64,000 nt of DNA. It comes from Epithemia pelagica (lineage: Eukaryota > Protista > Bacillariophyta). The notes below the pieces were generated by a model. It saw nothing but the letters and a program-made list of their open reading frames with translations. It was not told the origin of the DNA and made no database searches. Every line of letters begins with the position of its first letter. Position 1 is the stretch's first letter. A program made the translations under genes and the position numbers. Where the stretch lies: NCBI GenBank assembly GCA_946965045.2, contig OX337228.1:3782001-3846000 (forward strand), given 5' to 3'. Shown here piece by piece: positions 1 to 11,825 of the stretch.

Positions 1-95
1 AAGCGCGTTCACAACAAGGAAGACGAACGAAGGTCGTAGTTTGTCCTTCTCACAATTACCACGTGCAAAAGAAGTAAAAGAGATTCTCCACAGAT

Positions 96-1481
96 ATGTT
101 TCGAAAGTTTGCTGATCGAGTGAGCGCGGCTGCGTCGAATGCCTTCTCTACCTCATCGGATCGAGATGTGCAGCGTTTAACCGCAATGGGATTTGACCGA
201 ACTCAAGCGACTCAAGCTCTGCATGCAACCAATGGAAATGTTGACCAAGCGGCCGAGCTACTTCTGGCGTCGGCTCAGACGGAACCGTCACATAACCATC
301 ATCAACAACCTCCAACGGCACATCAGCTACCAAACCAGCAGCATCGTCCGCAACACAACCATGCCGCTCGAGAAGAAGAAGAATTAAGAAGAGCATTAGA
401 AGCGTCGTTGGAAGTTTCAAATCTGCCCGCACCAGCTGCAAATCCTCAACCACAGAAACGGACCGCGGCAATGCAAAAGGCTGCTGAAGCAGCGGAAGCA
501 AGAAACAAGACTCAACCAAAAGGAAAAGGCAAAACATCTCCAAAGTACCAACCGAAACCTACAACGACTGTCAATATCAATTATACGAACAATGGTGCGA
601 AAATTTCTGCAGCTTCACGGGCTTTGGCTGTGAACCATCCAGGAGTCAAAGTCATCCCCAAACTGCAAGACAAGTCAATAGAGGAACAAATTCTACGGTG
701 TGCGGATCGTTTAAAGTCCAGCCCAGCAGCAGTGGATACGTTGTACAAAGCTTGTGTAACCATTCAACAAAACCCTCAAGAATCAAAGTATCGAACAATC
801 GATACTAGCGCCCCTGGATTTCAGCGAAGTTTAGCTCCGGCACCTGGAGCGCTCGACTTTCTTAAGGCATTGAACTTTCAATCGGTTGGCCCTCACAAAT
901 TGGTTCTTAGTTTGGTGGATCCTGCATGTCTCTTTCTCGGCGTTTCAGCGTTGGAACAGACGAAGCTAACACCAGAATATGTCACAGGTAAACAACGGAT
1001 ACAACATACTGCTGAACTCGCCAAAATACACACAGAAGCTGACCACTCTGAGGAGGAAGCTTTGAAACGTGCAGCCTTTTTGGCAAAGTGCCCCACCGAA
1101 CCACCGGAAGGTCGTGGTGCCTGGATACAAGTGGCTCTCGCAGATCACGAAACCATTCGAAGGCGCTTCGATGCCGACGATACATTACAAGATGTACTCT
1201 ACTGGATGGCTGCTAGCCATGGGTCCATTTTGGTCGAAAAGTTGAGGACGCGAGAGTGGATGCTTCAGGATCTTAATCGTAATCCGGCCGCTCCTTTAGA
1301 CTGTGTCAAACACTCTAGTTCGACTTTGCAGTACTTGGGATGTTGGCCTAGCGGTCGTTTGGAATTGGTTGTGAGTACAAACGAATGGAAAAGTAATGAT
1401 CCGTCGGTACCGAACAACGGGGAAGATACAGTAAGAGGATCGGCACGAGGCCTTGGAGCTGCACCCAAGGAGGCTTTGTAG
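96..1481 (+). CDS. UBA-PUB-UBX domain protein (Cdc48/p97 cofactor-like)
   Basis: N-terminal UBA (LTAMGFDRTQATQALHATNGNVDQAAELL), UIM-like EEEELRRALEASL, PUB domain (AVDTLYKACVTIQQNPQESKYRTI...GALDFLKALNF), C-terminal UBX-like (IRRRFDADDTLQDVLYW). Confidence 0.85.
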   Translation: MFRKFADRVSAAASNAFSTSSDRDVQRLTAMGFDRTQATQALHATNGNVDQAAELLLASAQTEPSHNHHQQPPTAHQLPNQQHRPQHNHAAREEEELRRALEASLEVSNLPAPAANPQPQKRTAAMQKAAEAAEARNKTQPKGKGKTSPKYQPKPTTTVNINYTNNGAKISAASRALAVNHPGVKVIPKLQDKSIEEQILRCADRLKSSPAAVDTLYKACVTIQQNPQESKYRTIDTSAPGFQRSLAPAPGALDFLKALNFQSVGPHKLVLSLVDPACLFLGVSALEQTKLTPEYVTGKQRIQHTAELAKIHTEADHSEEEALKRAAFLAKCPTEPPEGRGAWIQVALADHETIRRRFDADDTLQDVLYWMAASHGSILVEKLRTREWMLQDLNRNPAAPLDCVKHSSSTLQYLGCWPSGRLELVVSTNEWKSNDPSVPNNGEDTVRGSARGLGAAPKEAL

Positions 1482-1730
1482 ATGTAATGTTTTAGATGAG
1501 TTACAGCTTTCGCTTCGTGGCGTCGCATTTCTAATTTCTAGGAGTACTGTCACCCAACAAATAGCGTTAATTTGTTGGGTAACAGTACCGAAGAAGTTGA
1601 TAGTGGTACTTCTCTAGGAGGTATCTAGGTACTCCTAGGAGAGCATAGTTTCCAATATACTCCTAGCTATGCGTCTGCTTGCGCATTCCCCGACCATGGC
1701 GATGGAAAAGTTGGTTTCTCGTGTCGGATA

Positions 1731-2420
1731 ATGATGGATGAATGCAATGAAGATTTATTGTTGGATTATGGGGTTCTTCGTGTTCCTCTTCCAAAGGAAT
1801 TCGATCGGGTATATTGGGCCACGACTCTTTCTACGATGACGCCTATGATTATGGCCGGCGAAGGCGACGGTGACTATGCGTTCTATCGCAACATACTGGA
1901 AGAACCCGACTTTCCATTTGAAATGTTAATGGAGTACTTTGCATCCGTGCTAAGCAAGCATTTTGATGTGTCCGTTTCACCTGGTCATGAAGCAAACAAT
2001 ACACATCATGTCGATGACATTCAACCTACGACCAGACACAAGTCGTTTTTGGACATCCGACTGGATGACGCCTTTTGTGTCCATTACAATATGAATCAAG
2101 AAGATACCTCAGGGGCCAAACATACTGATCCGAGCGATATAACTGTCAATATGTGCCTGGAGACAAGTGATGACTTTGAGGGTTCCCTCGTCAGATTTCA
2201 TGGAACTCAGTCCCTGGCCCATCCGATCGCAACAAGCAAGTCGGCACCACCCTCATTCTTGGTAAAGCAGAAGCAAGGCTATGCAACACTTCACTGGGGC
2301 CATCATCCGCATGAAACGACTCCACTGATTGCCGGCCAAAGGACAAATATTATTTTAACCTATTGTTATAGAGACCCATCAAAAAGCAACGCAGCAGACA
2401 GATCATGTTATTTTCCATAA
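1731..2420 (+). CDS. Fe(II)/2-oxoglutarate-dependent dioxygenase (prolyl/lysyl hydroxylase-like)
   Basis: HxD motif (KHTDPSDITVNMCL), distal His (LHWGHHPHET) and 2OG-binding GQRTNI; start codon uncertain. Confidence 0.75.
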   Translation: MMDECNEDLLLDYGVLRVPLPKEFDRVYWATTLSTMTPMIMAGEGDGDYAFYRNILEEPDFPFEMLMEYFASVLSKHFDVSVSPGHEANNTHHVDDIQPTTRHKSFLDIRLDDAFCVHYNMNQEDTSGAKHTDPSDITVNMCLETSDDFEGSLVRFHGTQSLAHPIATSKSAPPSFLVKQKQGYATLHWGHHPHETTPLIAGQRTNIILTYCYRDPSKSNAADRSCYFP

Positions 2421-2554
2421 GAGTGAAATGGCGTTATGTTGTAAAGATAAATCAATGTGTTTCTCAATTTGATGATGTTATGTACTCTATTGTATCTATT
2501 TATGTGTTAGGAGTGATTCAGTGCATCATGGACTTCACTCCATAGCACCATTGA

Positions 2555-5500
2555 CTATAAACGAAGCGTCCCTGTCGCGCTCGACCTACTCCTTATTGCT
2601 CGTGGGTTTCGTCGTCTGAAGAACCGCCTTCTAATAGATGCACTGCCCCGTGAAAATTGTGGACGATCAAGTATTGTGGCTGTTGGAATTTCAGTGCGAT
2701 TTTCCTCCATTGTTGTTGCCGTTGTTGGTATTCCCATTTCGTTCAACGACGGTAAAACTCCGTTAACAGGTGTGCGTAGTGCGGGTGGGAGCTCATGGAA
2801 TCCATCACTCCCCAAAACGGATGGTTCAAATGACAAATCACGTGAGTTCTGTTCCTCCCATGGCACAAAAGATCCAGGATCGGTGTCTGTCATGCTTCTG
2901 TCAGTTTCGGATCCACGCTGAACCAGAACGTCGCGGAAGTTTCCGAGGTGTGGATCATTTATTCTCAAATCAACCAAGACAGTCGCAATCATTTTGTCCT
3001 TGTTCCTCCTTTGGGATGAGGGCATATATTCACTCCTAGTTGCATCCCCACCGTCGCCATCGTTGGCGTCGTTACTGGAAGTAGCTGGCCCTGGCTGTCT
3101 CTTTCGCGCTGCGAGAAGAGGAACAAGGAAAAGGACAAGTAATGCAATGAGCGCGTATTGCCAATTGTCGTTGGACGAATTGTCTCCACTTTCAGTTTCT
3201 TTATCAGGCCCTTCGCCCTCCTCCTCAAGAGTGCGTTCGTCCTCGAAATAAATGTCACCAAGCAGGCTACCGTTTTGCGGAGAAAGATTTTCGTCATTGT
3301 CGGGAATAAAAAATGACGACCCTCCAGTACTGTCATCCACGGAATCACCTACGTCTGGAGATGAATCTCCGTCTTCAGAAGCGGACCCTTCCGGAAGGGC
3401 CGGGTCTATTGGGGCCCTTCCAATTTCAGGGCACCTTCCATCGGGCAAGGGCTCCACTCTAACTATCTTGCCATGGACGATAGTTGTACATCGCGGCACA
3501 CATTCTCCGAGGGTGTAGTTACAGATATGCGATGTACCCAAACAGTCTCGGGGACAATAAAAAGTCGGGCAAACTCTGACAGGGTTCGGCTGGAATAATA
3601 AAACTGTAAGAATGGGCAGAAGAGAATCACGGTAATGCTGCTCGGTCTGAATCACTTACGCAAATAATAGTTTCCTTCCGATTCTGAGTTAAGATCGGCT
3701 TCCCCTCGTAAGGGCATCGATGCCATTTCCCCTCTACTTGGACTCTTAAACTCTTGTCAGTGACCACACAAGCAATTCTTAAACACAACGCCATGCGTGA
3801 TCCTGACGGAGTAGAATGACTAGAAAGACAACGAGAGTTCCGGCTGCCAACCCGCTCGGTTGGGCTGACTCGTATGATTCCTTCATTTCTCGGATCTGAA
3901 CAGAGCCCGTTCTTCAAGCCGTTGTACACTGGACAATAGTCCATGAACGGGTCTTGCCCACCTACATTGGAACCGTACGTCATCGTGAAGTACTGGTACT
4001 CAGGAGGAAGTTCCCCATCATATTGGCTCATTGTGCAAGCAGCCTTGCGAGTGAGGTCGGGAGAACAACCGTCCAAAGAGGTCACAAATCCTTGATTGTC
4101 AATAGTGCTAAGCGAATTGCAAAATAGTTCATCGGAACCAGACACAACTTGTCCATTTGGTTGAATACATGGCTCTTCAACGAATGCACATCCAGCTGCT
4201 CTTCCCCAGATAGCTGGGAAGGCCGCACGTGAAAGATCCACTTGGTACCAACCAGAATCAGCGAAGTACGCGAGAGTGAGTAGAGAAATCAATGGCTCGA
4301 ATCTAAGTTCTTCTACCAGTGGATTCATAATATCCATTTTGAACAGTCGGCGTTCCCAATGATTTCCGATGCATGACATTTCTCCTGGATTTGTAGAAAG
4401 CGGAAGAGCTTCGCCACTTTCCAATTCTGCTCCTTCAAGTTTTTGGCAATCAAAGTGATTCCGTTCCACCTGCGCAACAGATGGAGTCACGACTTCTGCA
4501 ACCCGAACTCCTCCACGAACTATTCGAAAGTCCAGGATTTCCCTGCTGGGCAACTGCATCATAGCTCTGGGACGACCTCCATTTAGACGAGGTCCTGTGC
4601 ACTCTACGAGTGTCTGTGGGATCGCTCCAGTAGCATCGCGCGGTGTCACGGGCGATCCATCCGATCTTCTAAAATGGGCCAAACTTTGAAGATTGAATCC
4701 AAGTGCGTGTCCAAGTTCGTGCATGATTGTCATGATATTTCGAGGTAAGTATTTTGAGTCAAAAAATTCAGGTCCAATGCAAATGTGCAGCATGGCCGCC
4801 GTGGGGCGGTCAAGTTCATTGGTTGAGCAGTATACTGAAGAGGCCAGATAATCGCCAGCGCATTGAGATTTGGGGATTTTTGGAACGAACGCTTGGCTTG
4901 GAGGTGACGTTGTTCCCTCAAAAGTTTCTGCCGCTGACGGAGAGGTGCTCACGTTCCACTCTCCGTCTGTGATCGAACTACCTTCAAAACTTGCAACGTG
5001 CGATGCAACCGGTGAGTCCGAAAAATTTAGCAAAGGGGAATCGGGAGGGTCGGAAGTCTCTACCGAGGGAGCTAATACAGAGGGAGCAGAGATGGGTGAT
5101 GGGTCGGTCTGTGGTTGACCCACAGATTGATCCATAGTAGGCGGTGCAACACTGGGCATTGGAGTTGGTTCAGGGGTGGGTTCATAAACGAATCCCAAGT
5201 CCAAATAAACAACGAGGTCTGTTTCCGGCACACCGTATTTCAAGTGACTCAAGGGTACATGAGCTGTCGGAAGACCCGAATCAATACCAGGTCCGCAGGT
5301 AGTACCATCCAGCCACTGAGATGGATCGAGAGTCAAGTTCTTGTCTGGTCTCTGGACAGGAACTCTTAAAGCTTCGCTCCAAGCAAGAAGTGCTGGTTGT
5401 ACTATTTCTTCTAACAATATTTGTCGCCTTTTTGGGTCTAAATGTTCCCCACCTCCATGGAAATCCGAAAGAACGGCACGAATGCGGATTGGATGAAAAG

Positions 5501-6296
5501 CAGACGAGGACTTCTGCTCATCACCACCCAGCCCAGAACTTTCTCCACCACTCTCTGTGGATTCCTCACTTGTGCCTGGACTACTCCCATCTCCTGTACC
5601 TCCATTCTCAGTCCCATTCGCCTTTGTCAAAACGCTCGAGCTACCCTCTTCTTCTGGATCGATTGCACTTGTAGCGTTGTCGTCAACCAGCGTGTCGTTC
5701 CCTTGCCTTGTGGAATTAGAATCTTCCAAGTCCGTTCCATTCCCTGGTCTGTCGCTGTAATCAACCTCGCCAGTAACAACAAAGTCGTTCTCAGATATGA
5801 AGCTCAACCCACGAGGTGTAGATTGATTATCACTATTTTCAAAAAAGCCTGAAGCCTGGAACAAACCCCTCAATAAATTCCGTCTCCTATTTCCAGAGGT
5901 GGCATCGACACCACTTCCAAATGCCTCTGATGTTTCCTCAGTGCTCTCTGCCTTTGTTCTCAGTTTGGCAAACAACTCATTCGCAGCAATGCTATTGTGT
6001 TTGCCCCCCTGCACATGAAGAGAGTGGAACTTATCCTGAATCATGGATTCCATTTCGTCGTACTCGTCCCGTACAAAAAAGGGAATTTCGTGTTCGAGCG
6101 AGCGCGGCGGCACCCAAGGTTGACGAATTTGCCCAGTGTAAGCATGTGGATTCGTAAGCAGGTCTCCATCGTCGTCGCCCTCCACAACGTCCGACGACAT
6201 AAACATCAAAAGTAGAAAGATTAACTCCATTGTCCGTCTTGACCGTTGTCTGAATTTGATGGGCTGTTGCGTCCTCAGCAGTTTTTCGAGCACCAT
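2555..6296 (-). CDS. Leishmanolysin/GP63-like M8 metallopeptidase with C-terminal transmembrane segment; 2 exons (6296-3660, 3589-2555)
   Basis: HELGH zinc motif, CIGNHWERRLF, DIMNP, FADSGWY and Cys-rich tail; a 70-nt GTAAGT...CAG intron (3659-3590) joins ORFs 3627-6296 and 2555-3655 in frame (ETIIC|PNPVRVC); signal peptide and hydrophobic WQYALIALLVLFLVPLLAA. Confidence 0.85.
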
Positions 6297-6891
6297 GGTT
6301 GTCTTACGTGTAATTTTAATATTACTTTTATAACAGAGTTCTTTGTCGTGTTACTCTATGAATGTACTCTTCACTCGACATGATATCGCTTTCTGTGATT
6401 AGTTGGTCTCGCCATACTCTTTATTATCCTGTATAGGAAAATCTGTACCCTGGCTCGCGTTCAGATTTCTAAAGTCTCAGGACAAGACACAAGGAATTTG
6501 ACCCAACCAGAAACAGCATTCAAATGGTGATATTGCGGATACATAGCCGATCTAGCCGATGATGTTGTATGCCGGTGTCTGTAGTATTTTTCCGCGTATA
6601 CACGATGGGCAATTGTATCGGCAAGACCTGCCTGCGATTCGGAACATTCCTCCACACGAACACCACGAAATAGGATAGAATAGGAGTAGGATGATTAGGG
6701 ATTAGGCTCTAGCTCCTACTGCTCCTCTTTAGAGACTTTCGACGGAAACGCGTTTGTACCACCACTAAGAGATAGGAGTAGATTTTGAAACCGCAGCGTT
6801 GAACAAACACCGATTCATACTCGTTCTCAATCAAAAAAAGGGTGGGTCACCAAAATGATGGCCATATTTTTCACAAATCGTGACGGAGTGA

Positions 6892-8057
6892 CTACCGTCG
6901 ATAGCCTGAGCTCGTATTCTTTTTGTTCTTAGGCCGCACAATTTCTTCTTCGAGAACGCGATGAATGAATATTTCATTTCCCGGGATAAGGTTCATACTC
7001 CCCCTGGACCAGTCGTACGAGCTGGAATAAGCAAACAAATTTCCCTGTGCGTTGAACTGGGCTGCGGAAACAGGCCGTTGTAGTTCCCCGAAACCTTTTA
7101 GACGCTGCTTATTGTCCTTGTCCCAAAAGTTGACCACACCGTCTGATCCGACAGTCGCAAACGTTCCAAACTGAGAATGAAAGGCAATGGCGTTGACTGA
7201 GTGAACATTACTTTCTTGTCGATGACACTTGAACGCAAACGAGTCACGACCATCAACAGGTTTAATGTAATGAATTCCCACCCGGCCTTCAATACTTCCA
7301 ACAGCAAAGCCTGTGGTATCGGAAAAACAAGCAATACATCGGGATTGGAATCGAAGTGGGGACTCTTTCCGGTGGATTTCACGTGGCTGACTGGTACAAT
7401 CGTACGCTAGAATATGTCTCCCTGCCGTCGCCACCACCATGAGATTATCTCGTACATCCATTGCGTAGACACGTTCTGGTAGATCGAACACACCGACGGG
7501 GTTTTGACTACGGGCATCCCAGAACTTGAGTTTGCGATCCCATCCACCGCTTACTACCAAATTAGTTGAATTTAAAAATCCCACTGTTTTAATCGGAGCG
7601 TCATGAGCTCCTATCTGAGGAGGTGTGTTGTTGGGTGGAGTTTGACCGAGCTGCCACATTCGAACAGCTTTATCACACCCAGCAGAAAAAACTACATTGC
7701 CATCTCGAGAAAAACAAGTGTCCAGAACGGGCATACTGTTTTCGTGATTCACTGGAAAAAAAACAAGAAGAGATCACATGAGCTCCGTGTCGAATCGTCC
7801 CCTAAATACAAGAAAGAGCAACGGAATGACTTACCTTGCGCTTTAGGATTCGCCTGAATTTGGCCTCCTGCGGGTTCGGCAACCTCCCAACAGCGGACAC
7901 CCGAATCCCAATTTCCCGATACTAGAATGTTAGCTGTTGGACTCCACGATAGACTGCTAATACCATCATTTCCAGCTTGAGGGACATTGCAGTCTGTGGG
8001 AGCAATGGAAGCTTGTTTTGTGCTTCCCGTACCTGGTGCTTGTCCAAACGTCGCCAT
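6892..8057 (-). CDS. RAE1: mRNA export factor Rae1/Gle2 (WD40); 2 exons (8057-7835, 7751-6892)
   Basis: D.ISSLSWSP, SGGWDRKLKFWD, GSIEGRV, FAFKCHR, YDWSRG motifs; 83-nt GT-AG intron 7834-7752 restores the frame. Confidence 0.92.
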
Positions 8058-8480
8058 CTTCCTTTCACCACACGATTCTTCTTCGGGTTTGGAGTTGGAG
8101 TTATTGGATGCACATAGTGTGCATGTCTATTTTTTATTTTTTACTCTTCTACTTTTTACCAAATAGATCAAAAAATGTATCGAATAATCAAAAACTGTAC
8201 AAAGATTCTGGATTCTGCCTCGCCGCTCGCCGTCTTGTCCGTCTCCCGTCTCGCGTGTGACGCCGGCCGATGCATCATTTTTCGCCAACTTTTCTCTGCC
8301 GCAACTCTTTCTTATCAATGGGAAAGGGGAACCCACAAACCGAAACCGAAGAAACCAAAACATCAGAAAGCAATTTGGTGAAAAGAATCACCAGGGCCTG
8401 AAAGATATTGGTGACTTACTCTGTTGCTCTCGATACATTCGCGCAAGGCTCAAGAAGAACCGAAGTTGCTTTATCGAAGA

Positions 8481-9673
8481 ATGGGACGGTTGACTTTGGA
8501 TTGCGTCTCGGTTGGACGTGCAAAACGGTTTCCGGCATTACGCATTGATGCTCTTGATGACAAATCAAACATGGAGCAAAGCTGGAACTGGGGAGATACA
8601 ACGTACCGTAAAGATGGGTTTTCCATCGGTCGTGACTATTTGCGACTTGAAGGAAAGACTGTAGTGAGAGGAAGTCTCAACCCTGAGCAATTGGAACCTC
8701 TGAATCAAGTTCTGGGGAGAGGGGCATTTAGTACTGTTCAACTTGCTTCCTGGAAAAGACCATGTACCAGTGATGCTGGGGCTTCTGTACGATGTGAAAA
8801 AGTTGCGGTCAAGCAGTGTGGCCTTTTGGAGACATCGAAGGAAAGACGTGCTATGTTACTACAAGAACTGAAGACCTTGTGCTTTGTGGACTGCGCTTCA
8901 TTGGTCAAACTTCATGGAGCTTTTCTTGAACAAGGAACTGTAACGACTGTTCTTGAGTTCATGGACAAGGGGTCGCTTGGAGACTTGTTCGCGAACTGTG
9001 ACCTCTGGAAAGGTACTAAGAGGCTTGCGGAGCCTGTGACAGCCGCTATAACTTACCAAGCTCTTCAAGGTCTCGCAGCGTTGCATAAGGACAAAATTCT
9101 TCACAGGGATATTAAACCGGCCAATTTACTTTTTCACTCGGATGGCTCTCTGAAACTTTGTGATTTTGGATTGACAGCGTTTGGTATAGATGGGGATTCT
9201 TTTCACAAAACTGCCGTTGGAACCGCAGCCTACATGGCTCCAGAGCGTCTTCGAGGGCAGCCCTATAGTCGCTCGAGTGATCTGTGGAGTCTTGGATTAG
9301 TGCTGATGCAATGTGCTACGGGACAATCGCCTCCCTGGAGTAATTCCATGTCGCTCATCGATCTACTCGTGACCGTGGAAGATACAAATTTGGCGCAGTA
9401 TTTGAACATGACATACAAGTACGAAAGCAAAGGATCCAGGGAGATAATTGAAGGGTGTCTAAGGCATAAGCCTGGTGAGTTCGTTCTACATTCGGTTTTA
9501 TCTACACTGGTCACAATCGTCACTCAATTATTTTTGTCTTTCACACATTTGGTACATCAGCGCAACGAATACCGGCTGCTCTCCTGCAATGTTCGCCATG
9601 GCTTCTCGAAAACAAAATACGTTCGATAGAAGATGCACGAAAGATATTGTGCCCTTTTCTTCATTCCATATAG
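8481..9673 (+). CDS. MAP kinase kinase (STE7/MEK)-like Ser/Thr kinase; intron 9475-9560
   Basis: LGRGAFS, VAVK, HRDIKPAN, DFG, activation loop DSFHKTAVGT (S-x3-T as in MEK), YMAPERL; the spliced last exon gives QRIPAALLQCSPWL; start uncertain. Confidence 0.8.
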
Positions 9674-9761
9674 TGATTCCATTACACGTGAGCACAGAGC
9701 AAGAACCATTGATTAATCCGTCGAGCTTTCTGTAGCACGTTGTCACAAAAACCTGATGTAA

Positions 9762-10088
9762 TTAACAGTCCAAATATTTTGCCGCAATAAGTAGTTCGAG
9801 AGCCAATTCTGGTTCAATCGCAAACTCTGGGATTCTGCTTTCGGAGTTGGAGTATTGGGCTTTGTAGTGAAGATATTGCACGACTTTCTCGAGAATGTAT
9901 CCAGATATGTCCGGTAATCGGATTACATTGTCCTGTGCCTCTCGGAAAGATCCCTCCAACATGAGACGAATTGTTTGGCTGGCAGCAATGGCAACCTCAC
10001 GGTTCATGATAAACTCGTGTCCTTCAGCTGACAGTAGCTTGACATACCGAGGCGCGGAGGCTTCATCCTCGTTGGATAAGCTGGTCAT
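9762..10088 (-). CDS. ELOC: Elongin C (Skp1/ELOC family)
   Basis: YVKLLSAEGHEF, SQTIRLML, FAIEPELALELLIAAKYLDC match the Elongin C signature. Confidence 0.93.
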   Translation of the reverse strand: MTSLSNEDEASAPRYVKLLSAEGHEFIMNREVAIAASQTIRLMLEGSFREAQDNVIRLPDISGYILEKVVQYLHYKAQYSNSESRIPEFAIEPELALELLIAAKYLDC

Positions 10089-10489
10089 GACTAGCTGCTT
10101 CACACAAAAACACTAAAATAATGTGGATAGCGACAATACGCACTCGATATCCAGTAATAGATTGTGGATAACGAACCCAAAGGGTGGAACAGACGATGTT
10201 ATGTTTTTGTGTCGTGATTACGGATTACGGAGAGCTGTGTGTACGAAGCACAGACGTGTTCCACATACCGTAGTGGTAGTCTATGTGAATGTGAACCTAT
10301 GGGAGACAACTCCTCCCTCACTCCTACTCCTACCAAACGAAACAACAACCATTCACAATCCAACCTCCAACACTTCCCCAATCCACGTTACTATCGAGTG
10401 AACACGCATGGCGCGATAGCACAGGGGCGCACGGTCAATCAAGTAATAATGTTGTGAAATCGATCAGGTCTTTCATGTATCGACTAGAT

Positions 10490-11122
10490 TTAACGATACG
10501 ATTTTTGAAATCGCGCTCGTGCAGATCGTCCTCCGTATTTCTTAGGTTCGCATCGTCGTGGATCAGAGACGAGCATGTTACGATCGTATCCCATCAAAAG
10601 AGATCGCAATTCATTCTTGGAGTGTTCGTCCACGTACTTGGCATGATAGGCGACAACCGACTTGGCAATGGCGGCCCGAATGGCATACATTTGCGCTGTG
10701 ATACCACCCCCAGAAACTCGAATGCGAATGTCCAAATTACTAAACTTGTCTTGTCCGACAATCAAGACGGGTTCGTAGACCTTGTACCGCAATTGCTCCG
10801 GTTCCAACAATTCCAAAGGTTGACCATTGACCTTGATCAAACCACGACCTTGTTTGCAAAAGGCCACAGCCGTTGCTGTCTTTTTCCTAGATTAAGCGAG
10901 AAGGAGAAAGAATAACCAAAACCAATAGAAATACCGTGTCCAGCGATGGACGAGGGAGGAAATGACAGTCAAGAGGACAAGAAATAAAGCAAGGGACGCA
11001 GTAAAGGGTAGAGAAAAGAGATCGAAAAATGAAACGATGAGTAACCTCCTTTGCAACAGAGAAACAGAGTGGTTTCCAACTTACTTGCCAAATACTTGTA
11101 CAGATTGTGCTGTTGCAGGCAT
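10490..11122 (-). CDS. RPS16: 40S ribosomal protein S16 (uS9); 2 exons (11122-11085, 10886-10490)
   Basis: Spliced N-terminus [21 protein letters not shown]; [25 protein letters not shown]-terminus; 198-nt GTAAGT...CTAG intron. Confidence 0.96.
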
Positions 11123-11825
11123 GGTAGAATATCACTCAAAGCGCTTCACGTATAATGAGTTTGCTAATTGCTGTTTGTGCTATGGCACTTTGACAAGTAG
11201 ATTGGTTGGTGCTTCCTACAGTAGGGAGATCGAATCTTCTTCTCTGGTTGGTCTCAAGGGAGCAAATCCAAGGTCAAACTGAGTTGATGAAAGCCTTGCT
11301 TGCTTGGAGGCAGAAGAGGTCGAAGTGTATTTTAGTAAAGTGGTAAGCCGTATCCACTGGGCAGAATGTCAGTTGTCAGTTATTATTAATTTTTTGAATT
11401 GGGGGGTGTTGGCGTTTTTCCGTCTCACCCCTCTTTCTTTCTATCGCACTATCCCAGAAACGATTTTCGCTCCTCGTGTCCCGTGTCCCATCTCCATGGC
11501 GGTTGTGTCGCAACAACACGAAACGCCGACCACGATAAAGAACCGAACCGTTCCACCATTGAAGGTTGAATTAACCTGATCGAGTAGAGAAAATATAAAG
11601 GAAGGGAAGCCATTCATTGTCACACCGTCAAGAAAGCTGTTCTTCCACCATAACATGAAGTTGCTGCAATTCTGAACTCCCCCAACGCAAGAAGCATAGC
11701 GACACTTTTACAAAGCACTGGCGGAGCCATTCCAAGAAAAGAAACCTGATTCTCGCTCCTCGATCCAGAGACGGAAGGACTGAGCGACCACGCCTGAGGA
11801 TTCACACAAGTTTGTGTTGTAGCAC

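Noticed and set aside
6681-6706. Interstitial telomere repeat (TTAGGG-like)
   Set aside because: There is only one exact TTAGGG plus partial copies. It is better explained as part of the TAGGAG-rich intergenic motif cluster.
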